Assembly: GCA_964016885.1 (NCBI GenBank)
Contig: OZ024741.1
Coordinates: forward strand, 131,502,001-131,566,000
Direction: 5' to 3'
DNA: 64,000 bases
DNA from: Eledone cirrhosa
Taxonomy: Eukaryota
Part shown: positions 38,830 through 50,980 of the stretch, piece after piece
Position numbering within the stretch: the first letter of the stretch is position 1
How the letters are laid out: each line of letters opens with the position of its first letter
The notes under the pieces: generated by a model
Databases searched by the model: none
Told to the model about the DNA's origin: nothing
Seen by the model: the letters and a program-made list of their open reading frames with translations, nothing else
Made by a program: the position numbers and the translations under genes

Positions 38830-40924
38830 TATAACATCCCTCCACCCGAAACTGACAACCATGTTCAATGACTGCTTGATGTCAGGTGAGGTACCAGAGT
38901 GGTTGACAAAAGGTACCACAGTTCTGGTAATGAAAGACCGAATCAAGGATAATGATGTTACCAACTATAGACCTATCACATGTCTGTCCGTAATGTCGAA
39001 ACTGTTAACAAGCATTGTGTCTGAGAAATCTAACATGACCTCCACACAAACAACGTGTTACCGGACGAACAGAAAGGATGCCGAAAGAAGTCCCGTGGTA
39101 CAAAGAACCAGTTACTTATTGATAAGATGGTAATGATGAATTGCAAGAGGAGACACACTGGTCTTGCCATGGGATGGATAGACTACAAAAAGGCATTTGA
39201 CATGGTGCCTCATTCTTGGATCACCAAAAGGCTAGAGATCTTCAAGGTGGCAGATAACATCAGACATTTGTTGAGCAAATGTATTAAATCCTGGAAAACA
39301 GAGTTAACATCGGCTGGAGAATCCTTGGGAAGCGTGAAGATCAAGAGAGGTATCTTCCAGGGAGATAGTCTGCCCCCTCTGTTGTTTGTCCTTGCCCTGA
39401 TGCCCCTGACCATTATACTGCGAAAAGTGAGAGCAGGATACAAGTTGGGAAAGGGAGAAATTACCATCAATCACCTCCTTTTCATGGACGATCTTTAGCT
39501 CTTCGGGAAGAGTGAGAAGGAGTTGGATGTGCTTGTTGACACTGTCCGTATTTTCAGCAATGATATATGTATGCAATTTGGTATTAGTAAGTATGGAGTC
39601 CTTGTGATGAAGAGGGGTAAATTGAACAGAAGCAACGGAATCCAGGTACCAACAGGTGAGATGATAAAGGAAATTGACACTGAAGAAGGATACAAATATG
39701 TAGGTGTTCTGGAGGCTGATGACATCAAGAACAACAAAATGAAGGAATTGATAAGATCTGAAAACATTCGGAGAGTAAGGAGCGTATTAAGATCACATCT
39801 GAACAGTAGGAATGCCATAAGTGCAGTAAATTCCTGAGCTGTGTCTATTATTAGGTACAGTGCGGGAATTCTGAGATGGAATGTTGCTGAACAAAAAGAA
39901 ATGGATAGGAAGACTAGGAAGCTATTGACTATCTACAACATGTTCCACAAGAGGAGTGATGTCGATATACTCTACTTAAAGCGATCTGAAGGTGGAAGAG
40001 GTCTTATCAGCATAGAGGACTGTGTTCAGATGGAGATAAACAACCTGCACAAATACGTGACTGACAGTAGGGAGCCAATGCTCAAAATTGTACTGAAGGA
40101 GAAGACAATAGACCAGGGGTTACCAAGGAGGAAATAACAACAAGGAGGAAGAGCAACCTTCATGAAAAATCCCTTCATAGTACCTTCTTTGGGAAAACTG
40201 ACTTTAGAAATCCACAGACATGGAACTGGTTAAAAAAAGGAGACCTTAAAAAAGGCTACAGAAGGAATGCTAATGGCTGCGCAAGAGCAGGCCCTCAAAA
40301 CGAAGTGACTGAAACACCATATTTACAAGGAGGAGGCTAGCTCACTGAGTAGGATCTGTGGAGAGAGAGAGGAGACTGTGGCTCACATTGTATCCGAGTG
40401 TAAACACCTAGCCCAGACTCACTATAAAGGTTGGAGACATGATATGATAGGCAAGGTGATCCACTGGCATCTATGCAAAGTAAACAATTTACCACATTTT
40501 GAGAAGTGGTATGAACATAAGCCAGAGTCGGTGATAGAAAACGATCAGGTGAAGGTACTGTGGGATTTTAGAATAGAGACGGACAAGAAATTTGAACACA
40601 ACAGGCCTGACCTAGTGGTTTTGGACAAGGAAAAAAGATCGTGCCTGATTGTAGATGTAGCCTGCCCATTTAACACCAGAGTGCAAGAAAAGGAGAGGGA
40701 GAAAATTAACCGATACCAGGACTTAAAGTGGGAGTTATAAAGGATTTGGAACTGCCATGAAATCAAGGTCGTCCCGATTGTCATAGGCGCACTAGGTACT
40801 ATCTCAAAGAGTTTCCAAGGATGGTTAAAGAAGATTAGTCCAGCCCCGCTTTTTGGAACACTTCAAAAGGCATGCTTGATTGGAACATCAAGAACCCTCC
40901 GATACGTTCTGAATATCTGAGGCT
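38830..40924 (+). mobile_element. R4/Dong-like RLE LINE family 2, 5'-truncated, 3'UTR lost
   Basis: [38 protein letters not shown]; several stops. Confidence 0.9.
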
Positions 40925-40925
40925 A

Positions 40926-43492
40926 ATAGTAATAATAATAAATGTGAACACTAAAATTCGAAGAAGGCTCGATAAGGATAATATATATATCAAAATATAT
41001 AAAACCTTAGAACAAATATTTATTAAAATAACAGATTAAAGTTTAAGCAAAGAATCGCTGCTTTCACCCATAACAGGATCTCCTGAAACTAAAAAAAATA
41101 AATCTGTGGACGCAGAAGTAAATATTTCGAAAAACGTTGCAACCGAAGGAAAACAGGAAGACGATACTTTTGTTTGTGAAGACGTTGCCTGGCAATGAAC
41201 GGAAAAAGGAGAAGATAATACGTCGTTATGTGGAGCGATGAGAACAAATATACGCAAAGACAAAACCACGTTTACGGTATAAATGGAGTAATTAGACTAA
41301 TATTCTATTTAGGAAACCGAATGATTCTCGGCTTCGGAGTTAAGAATAATTGTTTCTACTTTTGGCACAAGTCGAGCAATTATCCCAGTGCATTACTTGT
41401 ACTTTATTTTATCGACCCCCTAACGATTAAAGGCAAAGTTAACCTCGGCGAGATTTGAATACACATATACACATATACACATAACCAGCTAGACACATAC
41501 ATGTATAATAAAATACACCTATAACATATACAAGCATATATACGTACGAAAAAGTATACGTACTTCCACAAAACATACGGGTAAGGTATACTTACCTATA
41601 CAAATAAGTAATGGTATAAACATAAAATATACTTAACTACCACACCAAGACGTAAATCATCCGCGTATTGTTCGTACTATCCGTTAGGGTATAATGTGGG
41701 GTTGTAATACAGGAAAGTTTTATGCAATTTGTGTTTACAAACCTCAGATTTTTTGTTTACGATGTGACCATTGGCGTAGAGTATTTCCAGGGTTTCAGTG
41801 GAGCAAAGATCGCATGGTCTTTTATTTCCGTTAGACGATCTAGCTTTAGCTAGGATCTCCAAGTGTAACCTATATTGGGTGTGGTTGTCTTTTAGACTCC
41901 AGATATAAGCTGAAAGTGACGCCATGTTCCTTCTTAAAGGGCTAAGAAAAGAATGGGTGTGCATGTAAAGACGCTGCTTGAATCTATTGGCGGTTAACCC
42001 TATGTAGCCCCTACTAGACGTGGGTGTGTCGACCTTACATTGGTAGACAATATTACTGGAGAGACATTTCCCGGATAGAGGGCAGTCAACCCTATTCCTA
42101 CAATTACAGTTAGTACTAGCTACAGGGTTGCAAGTGTACAACGGCTAGGTAATTTGGCTAAATTTGATGCAGTGATGTTATGTACAAAGTTAGGAATCGT
42201 GGAGTAAGATATTTTAATGGTATTTCTATTAAAACGTTTATTATATTTATGTGCTGAGGGGAATGCTTCTTAATTAGGGAGAGAAAGATTTTAGCTAATG
42301 GTGTGGCCACCTCCATATTATATGGTGTGTTATACCATGTAATGTGTCGGGATCTATTTTTCCTAGGCTTATGCTCATACTTAGTATATACTACCTTATC
42401 GACAAATCCACTCCGAGCTTCATTGTAATGTGGAATGATCGGTGAAAATATGTTCGTTTGTAGATAGAAGGGAAAGCCTCAATGAAACGTTTCTTACCAG
42501 GTTCTTGGTTATACTGGCAGGATGGTTAGAATGCTTACTTGTGTAATTAAGCGTATCATTCGGCTTTCTATACGGGTAGTGCAAGTCATTCGACAAGTTG
42601 AGGGTAACGTCGAGGTAGTTTACAACAGAAAGTTTGGCCTCAACTTGTATGGAGAGGTTGAAGCCTTTAAAGAAAGCTATGAATTCTTTTCTAAACCTGT
42701 GACAAGCGCGGGGACCGCACTTGGTCATGGTCAGAAGACCGTTATCGCGGTACAGGCCTCCGCCTACATTAGGGAATTCTTCCTTGATAGAGAGAAGTAG
42801 GAAAAGGCCGATAAGATCTGTAACCTCCGCCGAATCGCTGGCGCCCATACTCCCGTCGAATGTGGTGCTTTTAGATTTTTTTCATCCAAATAGTAGTCGA
42901 AAATAATCACCGACTTACGGGCATTTAGGATGACATCAACTTCGAAATCCTTAACCACCGTGAGCGTTTTAGCGAAATTGATAGCTCTAAGAAGAAGTGG
43001 TAAAGTGATGGGGGAGTAGTAGTTATTGATGTCAAATTGGATAAAACGGCAATGTTCCTTGTTGCATATGTCATTGAACCAATCAATCACTGCGAAAGAA
43101 TTATTCCACAGTGCAAGAGGGGCTAAGCTTTAATTTCAGGTATAATTCTATCTAAAATTCTGTTACTAAGTCTACCTAAATAAAACTTCGTAGGGTAATT
43201 AGCCGAATAGAAGCGTTGTTAGGGAAATTGAGTTTGTGATTGGGTTTGTGATCCCTGAGGGTAAAGTGGGGAGAAATAGGCTCCAGAAGTTCGCTCCGGT
43301 CCTGGTTGTTGAGTTCTGAAATGCTTTTAAATCCAGCATCATTGATGTCATTAATAACACTCCGATCGGTTTTCCGGTAATCCTTGGTTACAGCATTATG
43401 TAGCAGTTGATGGTACGTACTGCGCTCCACTTGATAGAGATTACCAGTTTTGTCGGAGTTGACGTGTACGGCATTAGAATCCTTAATAGAAC

Positions 43493-43497
<5 letters not shown>
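40926..43497 (-). mobile_element. Second Hydra-like Penelope element, decayed and 5'-truncated
   Basis: Homologous to 12931-15850; interrupted by a SINE fragment at ~41345-41460; ends at (CT)n(TA)n. Confidence 0.9.
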
Positions 43498-43589
<92 letters not shown>

Positions 43590-43591
<2 letters not shown>

Positions 43592-43647
43592 AACTCTATG
43601 CTGCAAAGCATGGTGTCCGATTCTCTACCGATACTGCCAATCCACCG
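43590..43647 (-). mobile_element. SINE 5' fragment
   Basis: Reverse complement of the SINE head GGTGGATTGGCAGTATCGGTAGAG. Confidence 0.75.
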
Positions 43648-43746
43648 GCCTAGAAAATAGCAATAATAGTGTCTGTAATCATTTTTACAATATTTTCACA
43701 TGGCATCCTGTGATTTTCGTTTGCTGATTGTAAACATTATGTATAT

Positions 43747-43928
43747 GGTGAATTGGCAGTATCGGTAGAGGGTTGGACGCCATGCTTTCTAGCATAGTTA
43801 CGTCCCTTTACAGTCTGAGTTCAAATCCCGCCGAGGTTAACTTTGCCTTTCATCCTTACGGGGTCGATAAAATAAAGTACCAGTAATGTACTGGGTAATT
43901 TGCTGGCCTTGTGCCTAAAGTAGAAACA
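43747..43928 (+). mobile_element. SINE, full length, TSD ATTATGTATAT
   Basis: TSD at 43736-43746 and 43929-43939. Confidence 0.9.
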
Positions 43929-43930
43929 AT

Positions 43931-43996
<66 letters not shown>

Positions 43997-44236
43997 CGGG
44001 ATAACAAATTATTGTTATAGGTAGTCCACTTAGATGTAGTCCGAGTAGTGGATAGTATTAATGCTTGGTTAAGTTTGACTCAACAAGACGTTTCCATAGT
44101 GATGCTGCGAGTACGCGGTGATTTCTATGTAGTTTACACTTGGAGTAATAAATCAAGAAAGAAGAGTGACATGGTTTGCTATACAATAAGGGCTTTATTC
44201 ACATTGCTGACAATTGTTTCTCCGAGCTTTCTTGAT
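43997..44236 (-). mobile_element. PLE pseudo-LTR tail related to 12404-12755
   Basis: Minus strand CGGAGAAACAATTGTC..AATAAA versus CGGAGAAACAATTGTA..AATAAA at 12610; (TA)n flanks. Confidence 0.5.
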
Positions 44237-44267
44237 ATATGTATATATATATATATATATATTTATT

Positions 44268-44950
44268 TATTTATTTAGGTTTGTTTGTTCACCACTGGAT
44301 AGAATTTGTCATTCCGTATGGTCAATGTCGATGTAATATTATGTAGAGTACTCAACGTAATACAGCTCACCCGTCTTCGTTTGTGTAGATGATGGTGCGA
44401 GTACGCAGTTAATTATTATAATAAAATAACAGGTGGTTGGACTTGTGTAAATCCTTGAAATGTGTATTATACTATGATCATTTCAATGACCGGGTTCCGT
44501 ATGAATCCGGTGATATCATCAAGTATTCGAAATATAACAAAGGAATATAATAGATACAATCAATGGGGCTGAAAATCATAGACAAGAGGACGACCGACTA
44601 AAGCAGAAGATGCTAGATGGTCGGTCGTCCTCTTTTCTATGATTTTAAGCCCCATGGATTTTATCTATTATATTCCTTTGTTATATTTCGAATAGCTGAT
44701 GATATTACCGGATTCTTACGGAACCCTGTCATTGAAATTATCATAGTATAATAAACCTTTCAAGGATTTACACAAGTCCAGCCTCCTGTTATTTTATTAT
44801 AATAATTAACTGCGAACTCGCACCACCATCTACACAAACGAAGACGGGTGAGCTGCATTACGTTAAGTACTCTACATAATATTAGATCGAGATTGACCAT
44901 ACGGAATGACCAATTCTATTCAGTGGTGAAGCAACAAACCTAAATAAATA
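44268..44950. mobile_element. Large fold-back element (~330-bp arms) with a hammerhead in each arm
   Basis: Arms 44268-44600 / 44618-44950, roughly 90% identical by eye; (TA)n flanks. Confidence 0.85.
44692..44749 (+). ncRNA. Type I hammerhead ribozyme (mirror copy at 44469-44526 on the minus strand)
   Basis: Two-arm consensus ATAC-CTGATGA-[stem II ACCGG.TTC/GAA.CCGGT]-GAAA-TGATCA-TA-GTAT: stem I ATAC/GTAT, palindromic stem III, AUA cleavage triplet. Confidence 0.75.
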
Positions 44951-45611
44951 TATATATATATATATATATAATTGGAAATTTAGTAAAATTGAATCTCTGG
45001 CGGTTTGCAAGCAAAATCGGCCTACTTATATGAAATGATGAGTTAGCAAAGCACTCGATAAGTTAGGTCCTTAGAGTAATAACATACGTTTAAATAGCTT
45101 GACAAATCGAACATTGTGGTAGGCAAAATCTAACACACAATAATATACCAAAGTAACGATAGAACTAACAGGTTGAGAAAAATACACCTAGACAAATCAA
45201 GCGATTATACGTTTAAAGTGTTTCTTTGAATCCGAAATCAAATATCAGACTTACGTGACTGGCAAGCTCGTGGTATTCATGATCGAACGGAGGATTCAGT
45301 TTTTCAACAGGCTTTTCGTTCTACCCAGAACAGGGGTGATAGGCTAAATGTTGCTGCTAGATGCAGCGTATCGTATCTATAGCTGTCACATGTTAATTCC
45401 AGCAAGAGAAATAACCCCCGGTTTTTGGCGGGTCATGCAAAATGTTAGACAAAGGAATTATTTTAATTTCCGCTAATCATCATGATAAGCTCTCGACTAG
45501 ATGTTATAAAACAAACACAAATAATTAACCAATCAACAGAATTGTCTAATTAAATTAATTAGTTAATTATTAAATCTAGGAGAATAATATAATTGGAAAT
45601 TTAGTAAAATC

Positions 45612-45654
<43 letters not shown>

Positions 45655-45655
<1 letters not shown>

Positions 45656-45808
45656 TCCTTTACGGTCTGTGTTCAAATCCCGCCGAGGTTAACTTTGCTT
45701 TTCATCCTTATGGGGTCGATAAAATAAAGGACCAGTAATGCACTGGGGTCGATTTAATCGACTTACTCCTCGCATTGCTGGCCTTGTGCCTATGTTAGAA
45801 ATCATTAT
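45655..45808 (+). mobile_element. SINE, 5'-truncated, long-tail subfamily
   Basis: B box, core, tail AGAAATCATTATT. Confidence 0.85.
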
Positions 45809-46328
45809 TGCTATTTTCTATCTCTACAGAAGGATGTCTTTCAAAAATGATTATGTATCACAGAAAACATATTAGTTACATGGAAGAGGATTGGACCATC
45901 CATTAATTATCATGTTTTTGTTGAATAATTAGGTCTTTTAGTTCCTTAAATTTCCAGCTCAATTATACAGATATTTAGCATTGGAATGTCGCTGATGAGC
46001 ACATTATTTTAATTATAGTCATAGAAAATTCTGTCAGATCTATTATTTGGGATCCGTCTAAAATTTATAATTAGCTTTCTTGTGATAAATAAAAATAATG
46101 ATGATATTATTATTGTTTGCGTTTCTCCTCTTCCTTCAGTTTTGTTTCCACTTCTTGCCGAGTGTCTTCCTGATACCCAGGGTGGAGAAACTCTCTGCAT
46201 ATATTTACAGCTTATATGATTATGGAATTACTATTATTGGACTTATTACTAGTCATGTTATGTGAACATATTTATTCATTAGTAATTATTATTATTAGTA
46301 ATTATTAGTAATTATTATTATTGTTTGC

Positions 46329-46512
46329 AGTGGATTGGCAGTATCGGTAGAGGGTCGGATGCCATGCTTTGCAGCATAGAGTTAAGTCCCTTTATGGTCT
46401 GAGTTCAAATTCCGCGGAGATTAACTTTACCTTTCATCCTTACGGGGTCGATAAAATAAAGTACCAGTAATGTACTGGCATAATTGCTGGCCTTGTGCCA
46501 AAAGTAGAAACA
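46329..46512 (+). mobile_element. SINE, full length, TSD ATTATTATTGTTTGC
   Basis: TSD at 46314-46328 and 46513-46527. Confidence 0.9.
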
Positions 46513-46717
46513 ATTATTATTGTTTGCGTTTTTCCTCTTCCTTCAGTTTTGTTTCCACTTCTTGCCGAGTGTGTTCCCGACAGCCAGGGCAGCGAAACTC
46601 GCCACAAAATAAACACACCACATCGTTCATGTCACGCACTTTACACAGTTATAAGTATATCATTTACTTCTTTACACAGCTACAAGTATATCCTTTGCTT
46701 TTAGCATTATTATTAAG

Positions 46718-46936
46718 GGTGGATTGGCAGTATAGTTAGAGGGTCGGACGCCATGCTTTGACGTATAGAGTTACGACCCTTGCCATTCTGAGTTCAAATT
46801 CCGCCGAGGTTAACTTTGCCTTTCATCTTACGGGGTCGATAAAATAAAGTACCAGTCACGCACTGGGGTCGATTTAATCGTCTTTCCCCCTCCCCCCAAA
46901 TTGCTGGCCTTGTGCCTATATAAGAAAATATTATTA
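46718..46936 (+). mobile_element. SINE, full length, long-tail subfamily
   Basis: Preceded by ATTATTATTAAG; ends in ATTATTAT. Confidence 0.9.
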
Positions 46937-46937
46937 T

Positions 46938-47397
46938 GATTTTCTTGGAGTCTCAGTCATTGATGTTATTTAACGGGAAAGTTTGTTTCAAATGAACATC
47001 AAGTCACTACCTGCAGCCTTAGATATTTAGGACGTATCGGAGGGTTCTTGCTGTTCCCAGCAAGCATGCCTTTTGAAGTGTTCCAAAAAAGGGGGCTGGA
47101 CTAATGCTTTTTAACCATCCTTGAAAACTCTTTGAGAGTGTACCTAGTTCTCCTATGACAATCGGGACGACCTTGATCTCATGACAGTCCCAAATCGTTT
47201 TAACTCCCACTTTGAATCCTGGTATCGGTTAATTTCTCCTCCTTTTCTTTCACTCTTGTGTCAAAGGGGCAGGCAACATCTACAATCAGGCACGATATTT
47301 TTTTCCTTGTCAAAAACCACCAGGTCAGTCTTATTGTGTTCTAATTTCTAGTCTGTCTGTATCCTGTAATCCCATAGCACCTTCACTAGATCATTTT
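46938..47397 (-). mobile_element. R4/Dong-like family 2, 3' end including 3'UTR
   Basis: Homologous to 40536-40924 plus ~80-nt UTR ending in ATAATAAT. Confidence 0.85.
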
Positions 47398-49230
47398 CTT
47401 AGCCAGTTTCTTTAGTAGTTCTTTCTTTGCAGTTATTTTCACCTTCTTTGCTTTTCCTGCGTTTTTCATTTCAGCAGTAAAGGGAACTTCTGAAATTTGT
47501 ATTTCATTTATTGCATCTGTGTGCATCTTTTGTAATGGTGTGTGATCTTTTGTTGTTTTCATGTTTCAAAAAGAATTTTATCATCCAATCATGTGCTTTC
47601 CAATCATATGTAGATAATCCAATTATTGCAGTTTTCAAAGAAATATCTAACTGGATTAACCGACGTATTTCGTCTTTCCTAGGGAGATATATTCTATCTG
47701 TATCTGCCTTTGGGTGATTCATTCTGTGCATGGTTAAGAATTTTCTCATTTTCGTGTTGAGTTTATGGATCTCTGTGCTTGAACAGTTGATGACATTGAA
47801 ACTGTAAATTACTACTGGTATGGCAAGTATGTTTATGGCATCGATCCAATTCCTTGTATTCAACTCCGTTCTTAAAATTGCGGTAACATTCCTTCCTTAT
47901 CCTTTCTATCATTGTCGAGTGCTTGATTCCGTCTCTGTGAAATTCTAGATATTCATAAGTTTCTTCTTGATCATGTTCTCTTATCACGTTCGCCCAATCA
48001 AGATTAATGCTTCTCAGCAGCTTTCCTCTGGTGAACGTGGCTTTGGCGCATTTATCAAGTGCAAACTCCATTTTAATACCATCACTAAACTGCTTGACAG
48101 TGGATAATACCCCTTGCAATTGCTCATCATCTTTTGCAAATAGTTTCAGGTCATCCATGTAGAACAAGTGATTAACGGTTTTGTCATAGACAATATATCC
48201 GTGTTTTGCTTCATTGAGCATTTTACTTAATGGTATAAGTGCGATGCAGAATAAAAGCGGCGATAAAGAGTCACCTTGAAAAATTCCATAATTAATATTA
48301 ACTTCTCTATCTTCTAGTGATTTTTTTTTCACTGTTCATAATAAGTGTTGTTTTCCATGTCTTCATACTGAATGACAGGTATTTCCTGACAACGGGAGAT
48401 ATTTTGAAAATCTCTTAACACTTTTCAATCCAACTGTGTGGCAAACTATCAAATACTAGTTTGTAATCTATCCAAGCAATTGATAGATTTTTGTGTCTAT
48501 TATGACAATCTTCCAGAATCATTTTGTTAATCAAAAGCTGATCCTTACAGCCATATGAGCCTCGTTTACATCCTTTCTGTTCATTGGGAAATAGATCATT
48601 TGCTATCAGGTGATCATATGTATATTCAGTTAGGATTTATTTTAAGATTGTATACATCGTGGTCAAGCAAGTTATCGATCTGTAATTTGGGGGCTTATTT
48701 GACTCATCATTCTTCGGAAGCAGGAATGAAATGCCGTTAACTAGCCATGATGGGATATTTTCTGGCTCCTTAACCATTTCATTGTAAAGTTAGGCTAATA
48801 GCTCACGAGACTCTGTGAAGGCATTTATCCAAAGATTTGGTATTTTGTCTTTCCCTGTGGATTTCCATTTGCTGGATTTTCTAAGAGCTAAACGCAGATG
48901 TTCAACTGTTATATTTCCCATGTTTCTTCCTCAAGGTGAACTGTATCTTTCATTTATCTGATAACTATGGAACATGTATATTATGAACTTTTTCTTCGGC
49001 CCAGATCTTTTCCCAGAATTCTTGCACTTCTTCCTTGGTGTTATTGATTTAGCAGTTATTGTTGACTTGCCAATTTTTCTGTAGAAGTTGTTTTGGTTAT
49101 TTTTGAACACATTGTCCTTACAGAATCTGGAGCATTTTTCAAAGACCCTTATATGAGCAGCTTTGGCCGACACTTTTTGCTTGATTATTTCTATCTTCAT
49201 GTCTATGTCGCTTGTTGATTTTATATTGTA

Positions 49231-50129
49231 CTAAACCACCCGTGACCCGGTGGGTCACGTTCACTTAGAAATAATTTTTAAATAATTAGAATATACACAG
49301 ACATATATATAATGTAAAATGAAATTGGAAGTTCATTCTTACTTAAGAATATTTTTTAAATAGACCAAAGCAAATTTTTTTAATCGTATTCACTTGAAAA
49401 TAATTAAAAAATAATTAAAATATTGTCTGTAAAGAAAGCTAGAATATAAATACTTACTGTACGAACAAGGTTTTTCGAAATCACATTCACTTAAAAATAT
49501 TTCTAAGTAATTAAAATATTCTGTTTAACAAAAGCAAACATTTACTGTAAAAACAATTCATATTTTTCAGTCATACTCACTTTGAAATATTTTTTTTTTT
49601 TTTTTTATAATTAAAATATCGTCTGTTTAAAGAAAGCTGAGCTATAGATACTTAAAGTACAAACAATTGTATTTTTGAAATCATATTCACTGACAAATCA
49701 CTGAAAAAAAAAATGTTAATGTATTTTCTAAATCCTATTCACTTAAAAATATTTTTTGAATAATGAAAATATTGTCTATGTCCGATTTACGCCAAACTTG
49801 TTTTATTCCGTTTGTATTCACTTTTCAGGGTTATTTTACTTTCGGAGTATTTTCCCATTATGCACCGTTTTGGCTATTTATGAAAGTTTGCATGGTTATG
49901 TTACTTTCAGAGTATTTTTCCATTATGCACCGTTTTGGCTAATTATGAAGGCACCCGGAAAAACCCCATATCTCGGGAACGCGTGCTTCGATTTACCCCG
50001 AACTTGTTTTATTCCGTTTGTATTCCCATTTCAGGGTCAACTTCCTTTCAAAGTATTTTCCCATTATGCGCCCTTTTGGCTGAATTACATTACATACAAG
50101 CAAGCGATCACAGACTTTTAGTATATAGA
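49231..50129 (-). mobile_element. Non-autonomous Helitron
   Basis: 5' TCTATATACTAAAAG; 3' hairpin CGTGACCC/GGGTCACG (49241-49259) 10 nt from a terminal TTAG; inserted between A and T without TSD; removal restores KRKYNIKS in the host LINE. Confidence 0.88.
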
Positions 50130-50294
50130 TTTTCTTTTCAATTTTCTGAGTTTAGTTTGTTTAAAATGGTCACCTCCGTTGTGGTTTGCTAAACTTTCTG
50201 TCAGATCGAAGAAGGTTTATTTGGCGATTGATGTTCTCTTGCCAAGTATGTTTTTGTGTGCATTCCTTTTTTTCTTTCATTATCACTCTATATA

Positions 50295-50400
50295 TATAAC
50301 CTGCCGAGGTTAACTTTGCCTTTCATCCTTACGGGGTCGATAAAATAAAGTACCAGTAATGTACTGGGTAATTGCTGGCCTTGTGCCTAAAGTAGAAACA
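50295..50400 (+). mobile_element. 5'-truncated SINE, 16-bp TSD ATTATCACTCTATATA
   Basis: TSD at 50279-50294 and 50401-50416. Confidence 0.9.
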
Positions 50401-50943
50401 ATTATCACTCTATATAGGTGAGTGGTGACTTTAGCCGATACATAATAGGGATGGTTCAGTTCAGTAATGTTTAGTCTATTTGTTGTGATAATGTTTTTGA
50501 GAGCTATGCGAGTCTTGCGTATTATCCTCTGGTTTTGTTTGGAGTTCTGGGTCTTAGGGAGGGTGTCTCGTTCCTCCATATCAGATTGTTTCATTTTCAT
50601 CCATTCGATCATAATTTCCTTGTCAAAGTTGGCGAGTTCATTCGCATTTATTTTTTATCATTGATGATCTCTTCGTTGTTTTCATTTTGAGTTTCATCTT
50701 GAACATGCACTCCTTCCACTTTTTCGATCCTTTCACTAATTTGTTCTGCTATCAGTGATTCTACCCCAACCCTTGGACTTAAGGTGTACAATTTACTTCG
50801 TTTTCACTGACACAAGTTTCATTTCCCCTTCGATTACTTTGCGCTAATTGCTTGATCTGATCAATTTTTATGTCAGTTAGTATTTTCTTCTTAACGATGT
50901 TTCTTCGTATATTAGCTAGTTTGTTACTGTCAATATAATCTCC

Positions 50944-50979
<36 letters not shown>

Positions 50980-50980
<1 letters not shown>

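Larger units (their letters stand above)
47398..50943 (-). mobile_element. R4/Dong-like family 1, long decayed copy with nested Helitron and SINE
   Basis: [18 protein letters not shown]; homologous to 36364-36980 and 51567-52160; 5' end at (ATT)n 50944-50978. Confidence 0.88.
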
